DNA from: an uncultured Candidatus Saccharibacteria bacterium
GTDB taxonomy: Bacteria > Patescibacteriota > Minisyncoccia > Phycocordibacterales > Phycocordibacteraceae
Direction of reading: 5' to 3'
Length of the DNA stretch: 64,000 nucleotides
Assembly: GCA_964652615.1 (NCBI GenBank)
Contig: CAZZAT010000001.1
Location: forward strand, 87,081 to 151,080
Every line of letters begins with the position of its first letter. Position 1 is the first letter of the stretch. Below the pieces are notes generated by a model, which had not been told where the DNA came from, did no database searches, and saw only the letters and a list, made by a program, of their open reading frames with translations. Below are positions 10,009-19,893 of the stretch, in pieces. The position numbers were made by a program, and so were the translations under genes.

Positions 10009-12411
10009 CTACTGTGCTTCCGGTTCAGCTGCAGGCTCTTCTACCGGAGGTGCTGGAATGCCGAGCGTGCGGAGCCGTGAAGCGGGGAATGGATTCCTGC
10101 CCGCTTCAACCGCAGCCAAGTCATCTGCAACTGCCGCAGCATTCTCTTCAGAGAGTGCGGCAACCTGGCGAAGCTGTTCTGCTGCCTGTTCGTAGTTGCC
10201 TTGTACTGCGTACATAGCACCGAGGAAGAAGCGGGCGTTTGCGTACTGCGGATTAAGTTCAACCGCGCGAGCAAATGCTTCTATTGCTCCTGCCGTGTCC
10301 CCTGTACCTGAACGAAGGAGGCCTACTTGGAAGATGACTGACGGCTCGTTTGGTGCAAAGTATGCCGCTGCTTCTGCTGCTTGAAGCGCTTCTGCTGCCT
10401 TGCCAAGCTGAATTTCAAGCTGGGAAAGAAGAAGAATTGCAGGGATGTAGTCGCGCTTTGCAGCAATCGATTCAAGAAGGTACGTCTCTGCAGCTTCGCC
10501 GTTTCCTTGCGCTATTTCAAGCTGCGCGAGGATATACGGAATCGATGGGTTTGTTGGGGTAAGTGCTCCTGCACGCATGAATGCATCCTTTGCGCTTTCG
10601 TAGGCACCCTCGATACCAAGGGGCAACACTGCCTGATATACGCCGCCAAGCGTTGTCCAGTTCTGGTAGTTATTTGGGCCGATGCGCGTCGCTTCAAGGC
10701 CCGCAGCAACACTTCCTGAAAGCGCTCCTTGGAACTGCTGCTGTGCAGACGAAGGAGGGATAGAGTCATCAGACGCGATGCGGCGCATGCGCTCCATGCC
10801 AATTGCTACCGCAAGCTGATACCCGCGTTCTGTAGGTGCAAACGAGAGTGAGCGTGTGAGTGCTGTTTCCGCTTTATCGACATCTCCTGAAGAGAGCGCA
10901 ACTGCTGCTTCGCCGTATGCGAGCGTTCCCATGTAGCGAGCGAGCACACCGTAGCTTGCAGCAACCGAACCGATAAGAAGCAAGGTAAGACCAAAGACAA
11001 TTGCAAATCCAATGCGCGGGCTCTTGGAGAAGACGATGCCGCGTTCGGCTTTCCCTGGTGCATGACGCATCGAAGAAACGAAGACGCCGATGAAGAGGAA
11101 TCCGAGCGAAAGCACCACGATGCCAGGAGTTGCGAAGAACGCGAGAACAAGCACGTAGAGTGCGCCGATGTAGGACGCTATCGATACGAAGCGTAGGTAG
11201 CGCTCTTCAGGAAGGCGCAGAAGAAGTGTACGCGCACCGGCATAGATGAAGAGGCCTATAAGGACGAGCCACGCAATGACTCCTACGATGCCTGTGGTTA
11301 CAAACGACGTTGGAATAGTGCCAATGCCCGAAGCAAAGTCGACGTTCCAGAAGACGGTGTCATTGAGGGAACGATCGCGGAACTCGAGCCACTTGGCGCC
11401 GAAGCTGCCAGGTCCAGAACCGAACAAAGGCGAAGACGCGAGTGTGTGTGTTCCAACCGAGAACGTCGACTGCCACGAAGGGCGCACATCAAGGGAGTTC
11501 ACGCCAAGGGATGAGGCAATCGAGTTTCCTATCGTCGAACCGCCAAGAAGGAAGAAGAGGGAGACCAAGAGAACAACGAGGGGACCGCCGAGCGTCTGGC
11601 GCCCCGTATCAGATGCAAGATCAGCAGCGGGAGCAACATCGTCAAAGTCAGCATCGCCTACATGTCCGCGACGATGCAAGACCGCTTCAATAAAGAGAGC
11701 GAGGGCACTAAGGCCGACCAAGACCCACACCATCGTTGAATTCACGAGCGCAAGACCAAGGAAAGCAAGCACCATGAACACCCAGAGCGCAATGACGCGA
11801 CTCCTAGAGAGTGTAAGGAAACGCAGCGCCATAAGCGAAAGCACGATGCCAAGACCTGCCATCATGCCAAAGTCCGTGAATCCACCAGCAAGATTCAAGA
11901 CTGGAGAGATGCCTGCGCCCATATTTGATGCGATGAGTATCACTATCTGCGCGACAACAGTAACGCCAAGCGCAAGCGCAACCGAAAGGAAGAAGAAGCG
12001 ATAGTCAGATGCTTTGCGGAGCACGAGCGCCGCCATCGTTGCAAGCAATGCCATTAAGACAACAAATCCGAGCGTATCTACTTCAAACTCTGTGCCAAAG
12101 AATGCGCGCGAGAGCTCCATGCCCGAAAAGAGCGCAGAGAGGCCGTAGGCGATAGGTACAAGCCAGACAGCACCAAGAAGCGGAAGCGGCGGAATAGCGA
12201 CGCTGCCGCGTACAAGCCTGCCCACCACAAAAGCGATGAAAGTGAGAAGCGCGCCTACGGCGAATATCGCAGACTTCGTTCCGTAGAAAGAAACGCTGCT
12301 AAGAGGGATAAGTGCTACTGCTCCGAGAAATGCCGTTGCCCCGAGAAGCCATACGGCTGCAGTGTCAAACGAAAAGCGTCGAAGCGTTTTAGTATCATTC
12401 ATGCTGGTCAT
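10009..12411 (-). CDS. Membrane protein with a multi-TM N-terminal domain (O-antigen-ligase/Wzy-like) and C-terminal TPR repeats
   Basis: The ORF track extends it to 12645, but that N-terminal extension reads through the RNase P RNA gene; the likely true start is ATG at 12411 (MTSMNDTKTL...). N-terminal half has ~12 TM helices; C-terminal ~300 aa are TPR-like (AYESAKDAF, IEAFARAVELNPQYANARFFLGAMY). Confidence 0.6.
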   Translation of the reverse strand: MTSMNDTKTLRRFSFDTAAVWLLGATAFLGAVALIPLSSVSFYGTKSAIFAVGALLTFIAFVVGRLVRGSVAIPPLPLLGAVWLVPIAYGLSALFSGMELSRAFFGTEFEVDTLGFVVLMALLATMAALVLRKASDYRFFFLSVALALGVTVVAQIVILIASNMGAGISPVLNLAGGFTDFGMMAGLGIVLSLMALRFLTLSRSRVIALWVFMVLAFLGLALVNSTMVWVLVGLSALALFIEAVLHRRGHVGDADFDDVAPAADLASDTGRQTLGGPLVVLLVSLFFLLGGSTIGNSIASSLGVNSLDVRPSWQSTFSVGTHTLASSPLFGSGPGSFGAKWLEFRDRSLNDTVFWNVDFASGIGTIPTSFVTTGIVGVIAWLVLIGLFIYAGARTLLLRLPEERYLRFVSIASYIGALYVLVLAFFATPGIVVLSLGFLFIGVFVSSMRHAPGKAERGIVFSKSPRIGFAIVFGLTLLLIGSVAASYGVLARYMGTLAYGEAAVALSSGDVDKAETALTRSLSFAPTERGYQLAVAIGMERMRRIASDDSIPPSSAQQQFQGALSGSVAAGLEATRIGPNNYQNWTTLGGVYQAVLPLGIEGAYESAKDAFMRAGALTPTNPSIPYILAQLEIAQGNGEAAETYLLESIAAKRDYIPAILLLSQLEIQLGKAAEALQAAEAAAYFAPNEPSVIFQVGLLRSGTGDTAGAIEAFARAVELNPQYANARFFLGAMYAVQGNYEQAAEQLRQVAALSEENAAAVADDLAAVEAGRNPFPASRLRTLGIPAPPVEEPAAEPEAQ

Positions 12412-12486
12412 ACCTAATGCCCTAGTAATATAGGCAGTATACCAAGAGTGGTTGGAGCTCGTTTGAAAGGGCAGTGGATAGGCATG

Positions 12487-12515
12487 AAAACACCCGCCGT
12501 ATAGGCGGGTGTTTT
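12487..12515 (-). terminator. Intrinsic terminator of rnpB
   Basis: On the minus-strand RNA: AAAACACCCGCC-UAUAC-GGCGGGUGUUUU followed by CAUG, directly after the RNase P RNA 3' end. Confidence 0.65.
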
Positions 12516-12521
12516 CATATA

Positions 12522-12866
12522 GGTTGGACTGGCACGATAAGCCGAGTTCTGTCGTGGACGACCATCTATCTAGGCGTTCGATTACTCGAACGCTCAAGCG
12601 GCGCTCCGGCATACTTCTTTCGAAATTACCGGTACGGCCTTGCACAGAAGTAAGGATTTTGCCGTTTCATTCCGGCATCGCTGCCGGCACGCTCTGCGTG
12701 AGAGCCTCTATTCTTTCGAAGTTGAGCGTTTCTGTTCGCACCTCGCGCCTTGCGGCGGACGGGTATTACCCGCTACCCATGCTCCGCACGTACGTGCGGC
12801 TGTGCTCGGACTTTCCTCAAAGCTTCTCTGTAGACAGGGAAGTTCGCGGTCGTCTGTGCCAGTCCG
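12522..12866 (-). ncRNA. rnpB: RNase P RNA, bacterial type A
   Basis: Minus strand carries the P4 motif GGAAAGTCCGAGCACAGCC and a 3' region CTAGATAGATGGTCGTCCACGACAGAACTCGGCTTATCGTGCCAGTCC nearly identical to E. coli M1 RNA (CCTAGATGAATGACTGTCCACGACAGAACCCGGCTTATCGGTCAGTT); P1 pairs GGACTGGCAC with GTGCCAGTCC. Confidence 0.85.
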
Positions 12867-12872
12867 AGAATT

Positions 12873-12901
12873 ATTATATCACATTTCTAGGGAACAGGAA
12901 G
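12873..12901 (-). promoter_or_regulatory. Putative sigma-70 promoter of rnpB
   Basis: Minus strand reads TTCCTG-N17-TGTGATATAAT (extended -10) about 7 nt upstream of the inferred P1 5' end; overlaps the 3' end of the DUF192 gene. Confidence 0.5.
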
Positions 12902-13342
12902 CTTGAGTCGCGTACCCACTTCCCAGCCATTTCGCGCCGCTTCCCCTGCGCGTGTTTCAAGAACGTAGCGTATGGGAACAGGTGAGGTAAAGCTTTGCGG
13001 AAATGTATCAGGAGAGACGCTCTGTTCAATTCCTTTAATGGTGCCGTCATCAGCAAGCCAGATGATATCGATTGGTACGAGCATGTCTTTCATCCAGAAT
13101 CCGTAGCGTGCTGGGTCCGGAAACACAAAAAACATGCCGTAGTCATGCGGGATATCGCTGCGAAAAGAGAGTCCGCGCGCACGATCTTCGTGTGAAGTAA
13201 CAATTTCAAATTGAAAATTGGCAGGGAAGTCAGTGGGGGAATTACGAGATACGGGAGACGGTGTGTAGAGGAAATACGCACCGATAAAGAGAAGAAGTAC
13301 GAAGACAACAAGCGCAGCGATGGTGCGTGAGGGGGTCGTCAT
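12887..13342 (-). CDS. DUF192 family protein (COG1430)
   Basis: N-terminal TM anchor then the DUF192 core (RARGLSFRSDIPHDYGMFFVFP...GFWMKDMLVPIDIIWLADDG). Confidence 0.65.
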   Translation of the reverse strand: MTTPSRTIAALVVFVLLLFIGAYFLYTPSPVSRNSPTDFPANFQFEIVTSHEDRARGLSFRSDIPHDYGMFFVFPDPARYGFWMKDMLVPIDIIWLADDGTIKGIEQSVSPDTFPQSFTSPVPIRYVLETRAGEAARNGWEVGTRLKLPVP

Positions 13343-13441
13343 GGGTTATAGAGTACACCCTAGGGGCAGAAAAGAAGCGACTCCCCTACCCTTCAATCTC
13401 GGCTTGACGAGTTATCCACAGGTACGTTTTATGAAGACGGG

Positions 13442-13528
13442 CGGAGGCGGAGAGATTCGAACTCTCGAGAGCCTTTCGACCCTGCCACCTTTCCAAGGTG
13501 GTGCACTAGACCACTATGCGACGCCTCC
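13442..13528 (-). tRNA. tRNA-Ser (anticodon GGA)
   Basis: Reverse complement GGAGGCGTCGCATAGTGGTCTAGTGCACCACCTTGGAAAGGTGGCAGGGTCGAAAGGCTCTCGAGAGTTCGAATCTCTCCGCCTCCG; anticodon loop TTGGAAA; long variable arm typical of Ser. Confidence 0.8.
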
Positions 13529-13550
13529 GTGCGTTGCTTGTTTATAGCAC

Positions 13551-14447
13551 TTACTCTGCTTTGGTACCAAGCAATCGCTCAATACGCTTCTCTACCGGCG
13601 GATGCGTTGCAAAGAGTCCGTTAATTGCCTTCCCCGCTTTTGCACCAAAAGGATCTCCGATAAAGAGGTGTGCGGTTGCGTGATTGGCACGCTGCATAGG
13701 TGCGCTATGCGCACTAATCTTTCTAAGTGCAGAAGCGAGTCCTTCAGGGTAACGCGTAAGAAGAGCGCCTGAAGCGTCAGCGAGATATTCACGCCTTCGT
13801 GAGATAGCGAGCTGGATGAGCTGGGCTGCGATTGGTGCGAGAATAATGCCAACAATGGCAAGTATCGCGAAAAGCGCTCCTGCTTTCCCGCTGTCCCTGT
13901 CCCCTCCTCCGAACATCGAAGCTCGAAGGAAGATGTCGGCAATAATCGCGAGAAAGCCTGCAAGCACGACTGCAACCGTCATAACAAGCATGTCGCGGTT
14001 CTTTATGTGTGAGAGCTCATGTGCAATCACGCCTTCAAGTTCGGTGCGGTCAAGAACAGCAAGAAGACCGGTGGTCGCAGCAACAACCGCATGCTTTTCA
14101 TCGCGTCCTGTTGCAAAAGCGTTTGGCGCAGGATCATTGATAACATAGAGCTTGGGCATGGGAAGCCCCGCGGTGATAGCAAGGTTTTCCGTAACGGTAT
14201 AGAGATCGAAGAACTCTTCGCGGGAAGCTGGTTTTGCTCCTGTCATTGAGAGCACGAGCTTATCGGAGAACCAATAGCTTCCGACATTCATAACAAGCGC
14301 GAATGCAACCGCGATATAGAGAATGGACGGGTCTCCGTAATAGAAGGAGACGCCCCATCCGACAAGAATGACCAGCAGAAAGAACCCGAGCATGAGGCCC
14401 CAGGTTCTAAGCAGATTATTACTTCGCTCTTGGTAGAGATTCGCCAT
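13551..14447 (-). CDS. htpX: M48 zinc metalloprotease HtpX
   Basis: HELSHIKNRD (HExxH) motif, N-terminal TM pair, HtpX-like overall layout; immediately downstream of LemA (conserved LemA-HtpX pair). Confidence 0.85.
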   Translation of the reverse strand: MANLYQERSNNLLRTWGLMLGFFLLVILVGWGVSFYYGDPSILYIAVAFALVMNVGSYWFSDKLVLSMTGAKPASREEFFDLYTVTENLAITAGLPMPKLYVINDPAPNAFATGRDEKHAVVAATTGLLAVLDRTELEGVIAHELSHIKNRDMLVMTVAVVLAGFLAIIADIFLRASMFGGGDRDSGKAGALFAILAIVGIILAPIAAQLIQLAISRRREYLADASGALLTRYPEGLASALRKISAHSAPMQRANHATAHLFIGDPFGAKAGKAINGLFATHPPVEKRIERLLGTKAE

Positions 14448-14453
14448 TAGCGA

Positions 14454-15014
14454 TTAGAACGCAACCTTTACCGGCTGGCGCGCAGCCTCCTCCCCTTCTG
14501 CAAGCTCAAAGAGATCCATCTTCTTGAAGTTGAATATCCCGCCCACAATGTTGCCTGGGAACTGTTCGAGACCGGTGTTCAAGGTCATCACGTTCTGGTT
14601 GTAGAAGCGGCGAGACGCCATGATCTTATTTTCCGTGTCAGAGAGTTCGCGCTGGAGCTCAAGGAAGTTTGTGTTTGCCTTGAGGTCAGGATATGCCTCG
14701 GCAATTGCGAAGATAGACTTCAAGGCTCCTGTGAGCATGTTCTCCGCCTGGGCATGATCTGCCACCGAGCCTGCGCCCATAGCTGCAGCGCGTGCATTTG
14801 AAACGTTTTCAAACGCCTGCTTTTCATGAGCAGCATATCCCTTTACGGTTTCAATAAGGTTTGGAATGAGATCGTAGCGGCGCTTCATCTGCACTTCGAT
14901 GTCGCTCCATGATTCTTTTGCGCGGTTCACGAGCGCAACGAATCCGTTGTATGCAATGACGAGCCAGAGTCCGATGAGGACCAAAATACCGAGAATGATG
15001 TAGAGAATGGTCAT
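14454..15014 (-). CDS. LemA family protein
   Basis: N-terminal TM helix then the LemA core (YNGFVALVNRAKESWSDIEVQMKRRYDLIPNLIETVKGYAAHE). Confidence 0.8.
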   Translation of the reverse strand: MTILYIILGILVLIGLWLVIAYNGFVALVNRAKESWSDIEVQMKRRYDLIPNLIETVKGYAAHEKQAFENVSNARAAAMGAGSVADHAQAENMLTGALKSIFAIAEAYPDLKANTNFLELQRELSDTENKIMASRRFYNQNVMTLNTGLEQFPGNIVGGIFNFKKMDLFELAEGEEAARQPVKVAF

Positions 15015-15080
15015 AAATATATTGGATTGCTTATGCCTTTATTTTACCATACCCACTTGTTTTGTATGCGGTATACGCTA

Positions 15081-15108
15081 TTGACACACTATGTAAAATA
15101 CGTATAAT
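15081..15108 (+). promoter_or_regulatory. Consensus sigma-70 promoter (TTGACA-N16-TATAAT)
   Basis: Perfect TTGACA (15081-15086) and TATAAT (15103-15108) hexamers; a 5'-UTR hairpin CCTGAACG-TTGC-GTTCAGGG follows at 15119-15138, then a GGAGGA Shine-Dalgarno. Confidence 0.65.
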
Positions 15109-15154
15109 GGTGTAGGAACCTGAACGTTGCGTTCAGGGACTATGGAGGAAAACC

Positions 15155-15421
15155 ATGGGCGAAGTTTCCGAACATTTCGACCGCGAAGACGCCAAAAAAG
15201 AAGCACCGAAGGCATGGGCCATCCGCGGTCCTGCGTGGCTTCTCGCCGCGTTAGCCCTCGGCGGCTTCGTGCTGAAGATTACGATCAACTTGCCGTTGTT
15301 GCGGGGCGTGCCGGAAGGGGTGTTCGTTCTCTCTTTTTGGGCATTTGCCGCGATCGCAATCACCGCACATTTTCTCGTCCGTTCGAAAGTCGACGGCGAC
15401 ACCAACGGCCCAGAAGCCTGA
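15155..15421 (+). CDS. Small hypothetical two-TM membrane protein (88 aa)
   Basis: Consensus promoter, Shine-Dalgarno GGAGGA 7 nt upstream of ATG, two hydrophobic helices, and a terminator directly downstream; the ORF-track alternatives 15127..15477(+) and 15133..15456(-) lack such signals. Confidence 0.55.
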   Translation: MGEVSEHFDREDAKKEAPKAWAIRGPAWLLAALALGGFVLKITINLPLLRGVPEGVFVLSFWAFAAIAITAHFLVRSKVDGDTNGPEA

Positions 15422-15427
15422 ACCAAA

Positions 15428-15454
15428 GACGGCCCCGCGAAAGCGAGGGCCGTC
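15428..15454. terminator. Bidirectional intrinsic terminator (small ORF / groEL)
   Basis: GACGGCCCCGCG-AAAG-CGAGGGCCGTC hairpin between convergent genes. Confidence 0.6.
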
Positions 15455-15473
15455 ATTACGTTATATCTCTCGT

Positions 15474-17416
<1,943 letters not shown>

Positions 17417-17567
17417 GAGGTATGGAAGCTAGTGTATAAGGTGAGAACCATATAATGCAAAAACGGGCGCTCCTTTTCAAGAGCTTGCCTTTGTCGAAGG
17501 AAAATCCTACTTCACTACATAATGGATACTAGGCAGTATTTAATGTATTCGAATCTCCGAGTATATA

Positions 17568-17816
17568 TTGACAATAGATGAGATATATGGTATCTTTCGA
17601 ATCGAAAGGAGGTCCGCAATGGATCATTCTGAAACGTGGAAAGAAGTCGGCAAGTTCGTCTGGGGCTCCGTAGCCATCCTTGGCGTTGTAGGGGTGCTCG
17701 TTGGCCTGACGGCGTATGCTGGCGAAAAACTCGTCAGCGAACCAGCCGTCTGGGTCATTCTTGGCATTGCCACAACTGCCGTGGGTTGGCTTGGCGCGCT
17801 CCGGTGCAGCCGCTGA
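17568..17816 (+). CDS. Small hypothetical two-TM membrane protein (82 aa)
   Basis: ORF followed by a strong terminator AACGGGCGTCC-GTAGTTT-GGACGCCCGTT-TGCTTTT at 17831-17867. Confidence 0.4.
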   Translation: MTIDEIYGIFRIERRSAMDHSETWKEVGKFVWGSVAILGVVGVLVGLTAYAGEKLVSEPAVWVILGIATTAVGWLGALRCSR

Positions 17817-17830
17817 CTTCATCCACTATG

Positions 17831-17867
17831 AACGGGCGTCCGTAGTTTGGACGCCCGTTTGCTTTTA
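17831..17867 (+). terminator. Intrinsic terminator
   Basis: 11-bp GC-rich stem followed by TGCTTTT. Confidence 0.6.
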
Positions 17868-17878
17868 CCCACCTAAGC

Positions 17879-18130
17879 GTGGTATCCTCCCTCCTACAGA
17901 TGGAGACTCTCAAGGCAGTACTGCCGTATGCGCAGATTATCCTTTCCCTCCTCCTCATCCTCGGCATCGTGCTTCAAAGCCGCGGCGCATCTCTCGGAGG
18001 AGCTTTCGGAGGCGATAACTTCGCATCGACGTTTTACAAGCGCAGAGGCGCGGAGAAATTCCTTTTCCAAGCGACTATCGTCGTCGCTATTGCGTTCGTT
18101 GTATCTGCTGCACTTGGTTTCTTGATCTGA
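17879..18130 (+). CDS. secG: Preprotein translocase subunit SecG
   Basis: Two TM helices with the characteristic Gly-rich loop (LQSRGASLGGAFGGDNFASTFYKRRGAEKFL); 83 aa. Confidence 0.7.
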   Translation: MVSSLLQMETLKAVLPYAQIILSLLLILGIVLQSRGASLGGAFGGDNFASTFYKRRGAEKFLFQATIVVAIAFVVSAALGFLI

Positions 18131-18138
18131 TAACCACT

Positions 18139-19800
18139 ATGAGGCGTCTTAGCCTCCGTCCTCTCTACGAGCATATACGTTCACTTCATTCTGGCGACAA
18201 AGCAGTCGTCGCCGTTCTTGCATGCGTACTTTGCGCACTACTGCTTGCCGGACTCTACAGTTTCGAACGTCAATTTCTTGTCGAGATACCTTCACGCGGA
18301 GGTTCGCTTCTTGAGGGAGTAGCGGGAGCTCCTCGGTTTGTGAATCCTGTGCTTGCGCTCTCGGACGCAGATCGCGACCTTACGGCACTCACCTACGCTG
18401 GCCTTATGGGCTATGACAAGGAGGGAGCTTTGGTTCCGGTGCTTGCAGAGAGCTATGCGGTAAGCGAAGACGGGCTCGTCTATACCTTCGCGCTTCGCGA
18501 GCATGCACGCTATAGCGATGGTACGCCGGTAACCGCTGAAGATGTGGTGTTTACGGTCGAAAAGACGCAGGATCCTGACATTAAAAGTCCGCGCCTTTCA
18601 GACTTTGCAAACATTCGCGTCGAAGCGATTGATGCACGCACCGTGCGCTTTACCCTGCCTGCCCCCTATGCTCCCTTTCTCGTTGACGCAACGCTTGGCA
18701 TTTTACCTGCGCACGTGTGGCGCGATGTGAAGAACACCGAGTTTCCGTTTGCGCCAGAGATGATAGAGCCGGTAGGCGCAGGCCCGTTCAAGGTATCGCG
18801 CGTGGTGCGTGATAAAAGCGGAGCTGTTGAGCGCTATGAGCTAAAGGCCTTTGACGGCTACGCACTCTCGCGTCCGTATCTTGATGGCATTACCTTCGTC
18901 TACTTCAAAGACGAGGAGACGCTCCAGAGGGCGCTTATGCGCGGAAGCGTAGAGAGCGCGCATGGCGTTCCAAGCGAGAGCTTTGTGCGTGCCCCCTATT
19001 CACGCATCTTCGGCGCCTTCTTCAATCAAGGAAAGAACGGGGCGCTTGCACGCCCTTCGGTGCGTAAGGCGCTTTCAGTTGCTATTGATAGAGAGACACT
19101 CGTGCGCGATGCGCTTGCAGGCTTTGCCTTCCCTGCGTATGGGCCCGTACCGCCAGGCATTACCCATTCGCACTATGAAGAGCCAGCTGACCGGATAGCA
19201 GAAGCCAAAAGCATTCTTGAGCGCGACGGGTGGGAGTACAACGAGGAAGCAGGCGTATGGGAGCGCGAGGGCGCATCGCTTTCCTTCTCGCTCACTACCT
19301 CGAACGTTCCTGAATTGAAGGCAGTTGCAGAGCGCTTGCGGCTCGACTGGCAGACGCTTGGCGTGCCCGTTGCGCTCGATGTGTATGATCCAAACGCTCT
19401 TGTGCGAGACGCCATACGTCCGCGAAACTATGAGGCACTTCTCTTTGGCATGGTGGTTGGACGCGATAAGGACTTCTATGCGTTCTGGGACTCATCGCAG
19501 CGAAATGATCCAGGGTTAAACGTCTCCTTGTATACTAACCTCGCCGTTGATGAGCTCTTGGATGAACTTCGCCTTGAAACGGATGAAGCGCAACTTGAAG
19601 CCTCCTTGCACGAACTCAACGACCTCATCGCAAGCGATTACCCTGCAGTCTTCACGCATGCACCTGAATTCGTTTATTCCATTCCCGAAGACCTAAAAGG
19701 CATCGCCCTTGAAAGCATTACTGCCCCTTCAGATCGCTTTCTAAGCGCCGCCTTCTGGTACCGCCACACCGAGCATGTCTGGCCCGTGTTTGCACGATAG
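18139..19800 (+). CDS. ABC transporter substrate-binding protein, family 5 (peptide/nickel type)
   Basis: N-terminal TM/signal anchor and SBP_bac_5-like core (YTFALREHARYSDGTPVTAEDVVFTVEK...); 553 aa; no permease or ATPase genes adjacent. Confidence 0.65.
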   Translation: MRRLSLRPLYEHIRSLHSGDKAVVAVLACVLCALLLAGLYSFERQFLVEIPSRGGSLLEGVAGAPRFVNPVLALSDADRDLTALTYAGLMGYDKEGALVPVLAESYAVSEDGLVYTFALREHARYSDGTPVTAEDVVFTVEKTQDPDIKSPRLSDFANIRVEAIDARTVRFTLPAPYAPFLVDATLGILPAHVWRDVKNTEFPFAPEMIEPVGAGPFKVSRVVRDKSGAVERYELKAFDGYALSRPYLDGITFVYFKDEETLQRALMRGSVESAHGVPSESFVRAPYSRIFGAFFNQGKNGALARPSVRKALSVAIDRETLVRDALAGFAFPAYGPVPPGITHSHYEEPADRIAEAKSILERDGWEYNEEAGVWEREGASLSFSLTTSNVPELKAVAERLRLDWQTLGVPVALDVYDPNALVRDAIRPRNYEALLFGMVVGRDKDFYAFWDSSQRNDPGLNVSLYTNLAVDELLDELRLETDEAQLEASLHELNDLIASDYPAVFTHAPEFVYSIPEDLKGIALESITAPSDRFLSAAFWYRHTEHVWPVFAR

Positions 19801-19893
19801 AAGATAGTTAAGAGAACGGTATCCACACGAAGCTTTCTCTATCTGTCTTGTATAGTCTTACTAACTACTTACTCACTCTTATTTCAAACTATT

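Noticed and set aside
12509-12985. ORF-track proteins 12509..12985(+) and 12640..12906(+), and the 10009..12645 N-terminal extension
   Set aside because: They overlap the RNase P RNA gene and its promoter and terminator; they are artefacts of GC-rich non-coding sequence.
17420-17570. CIRCE (HrcA) operator upstream of groES
   Set aside because: No TTAGCACTC-N9-GAGTGCTAA inverted repeat is found; only a sigma-70-like TTGCAT-N16-TATACA is present.
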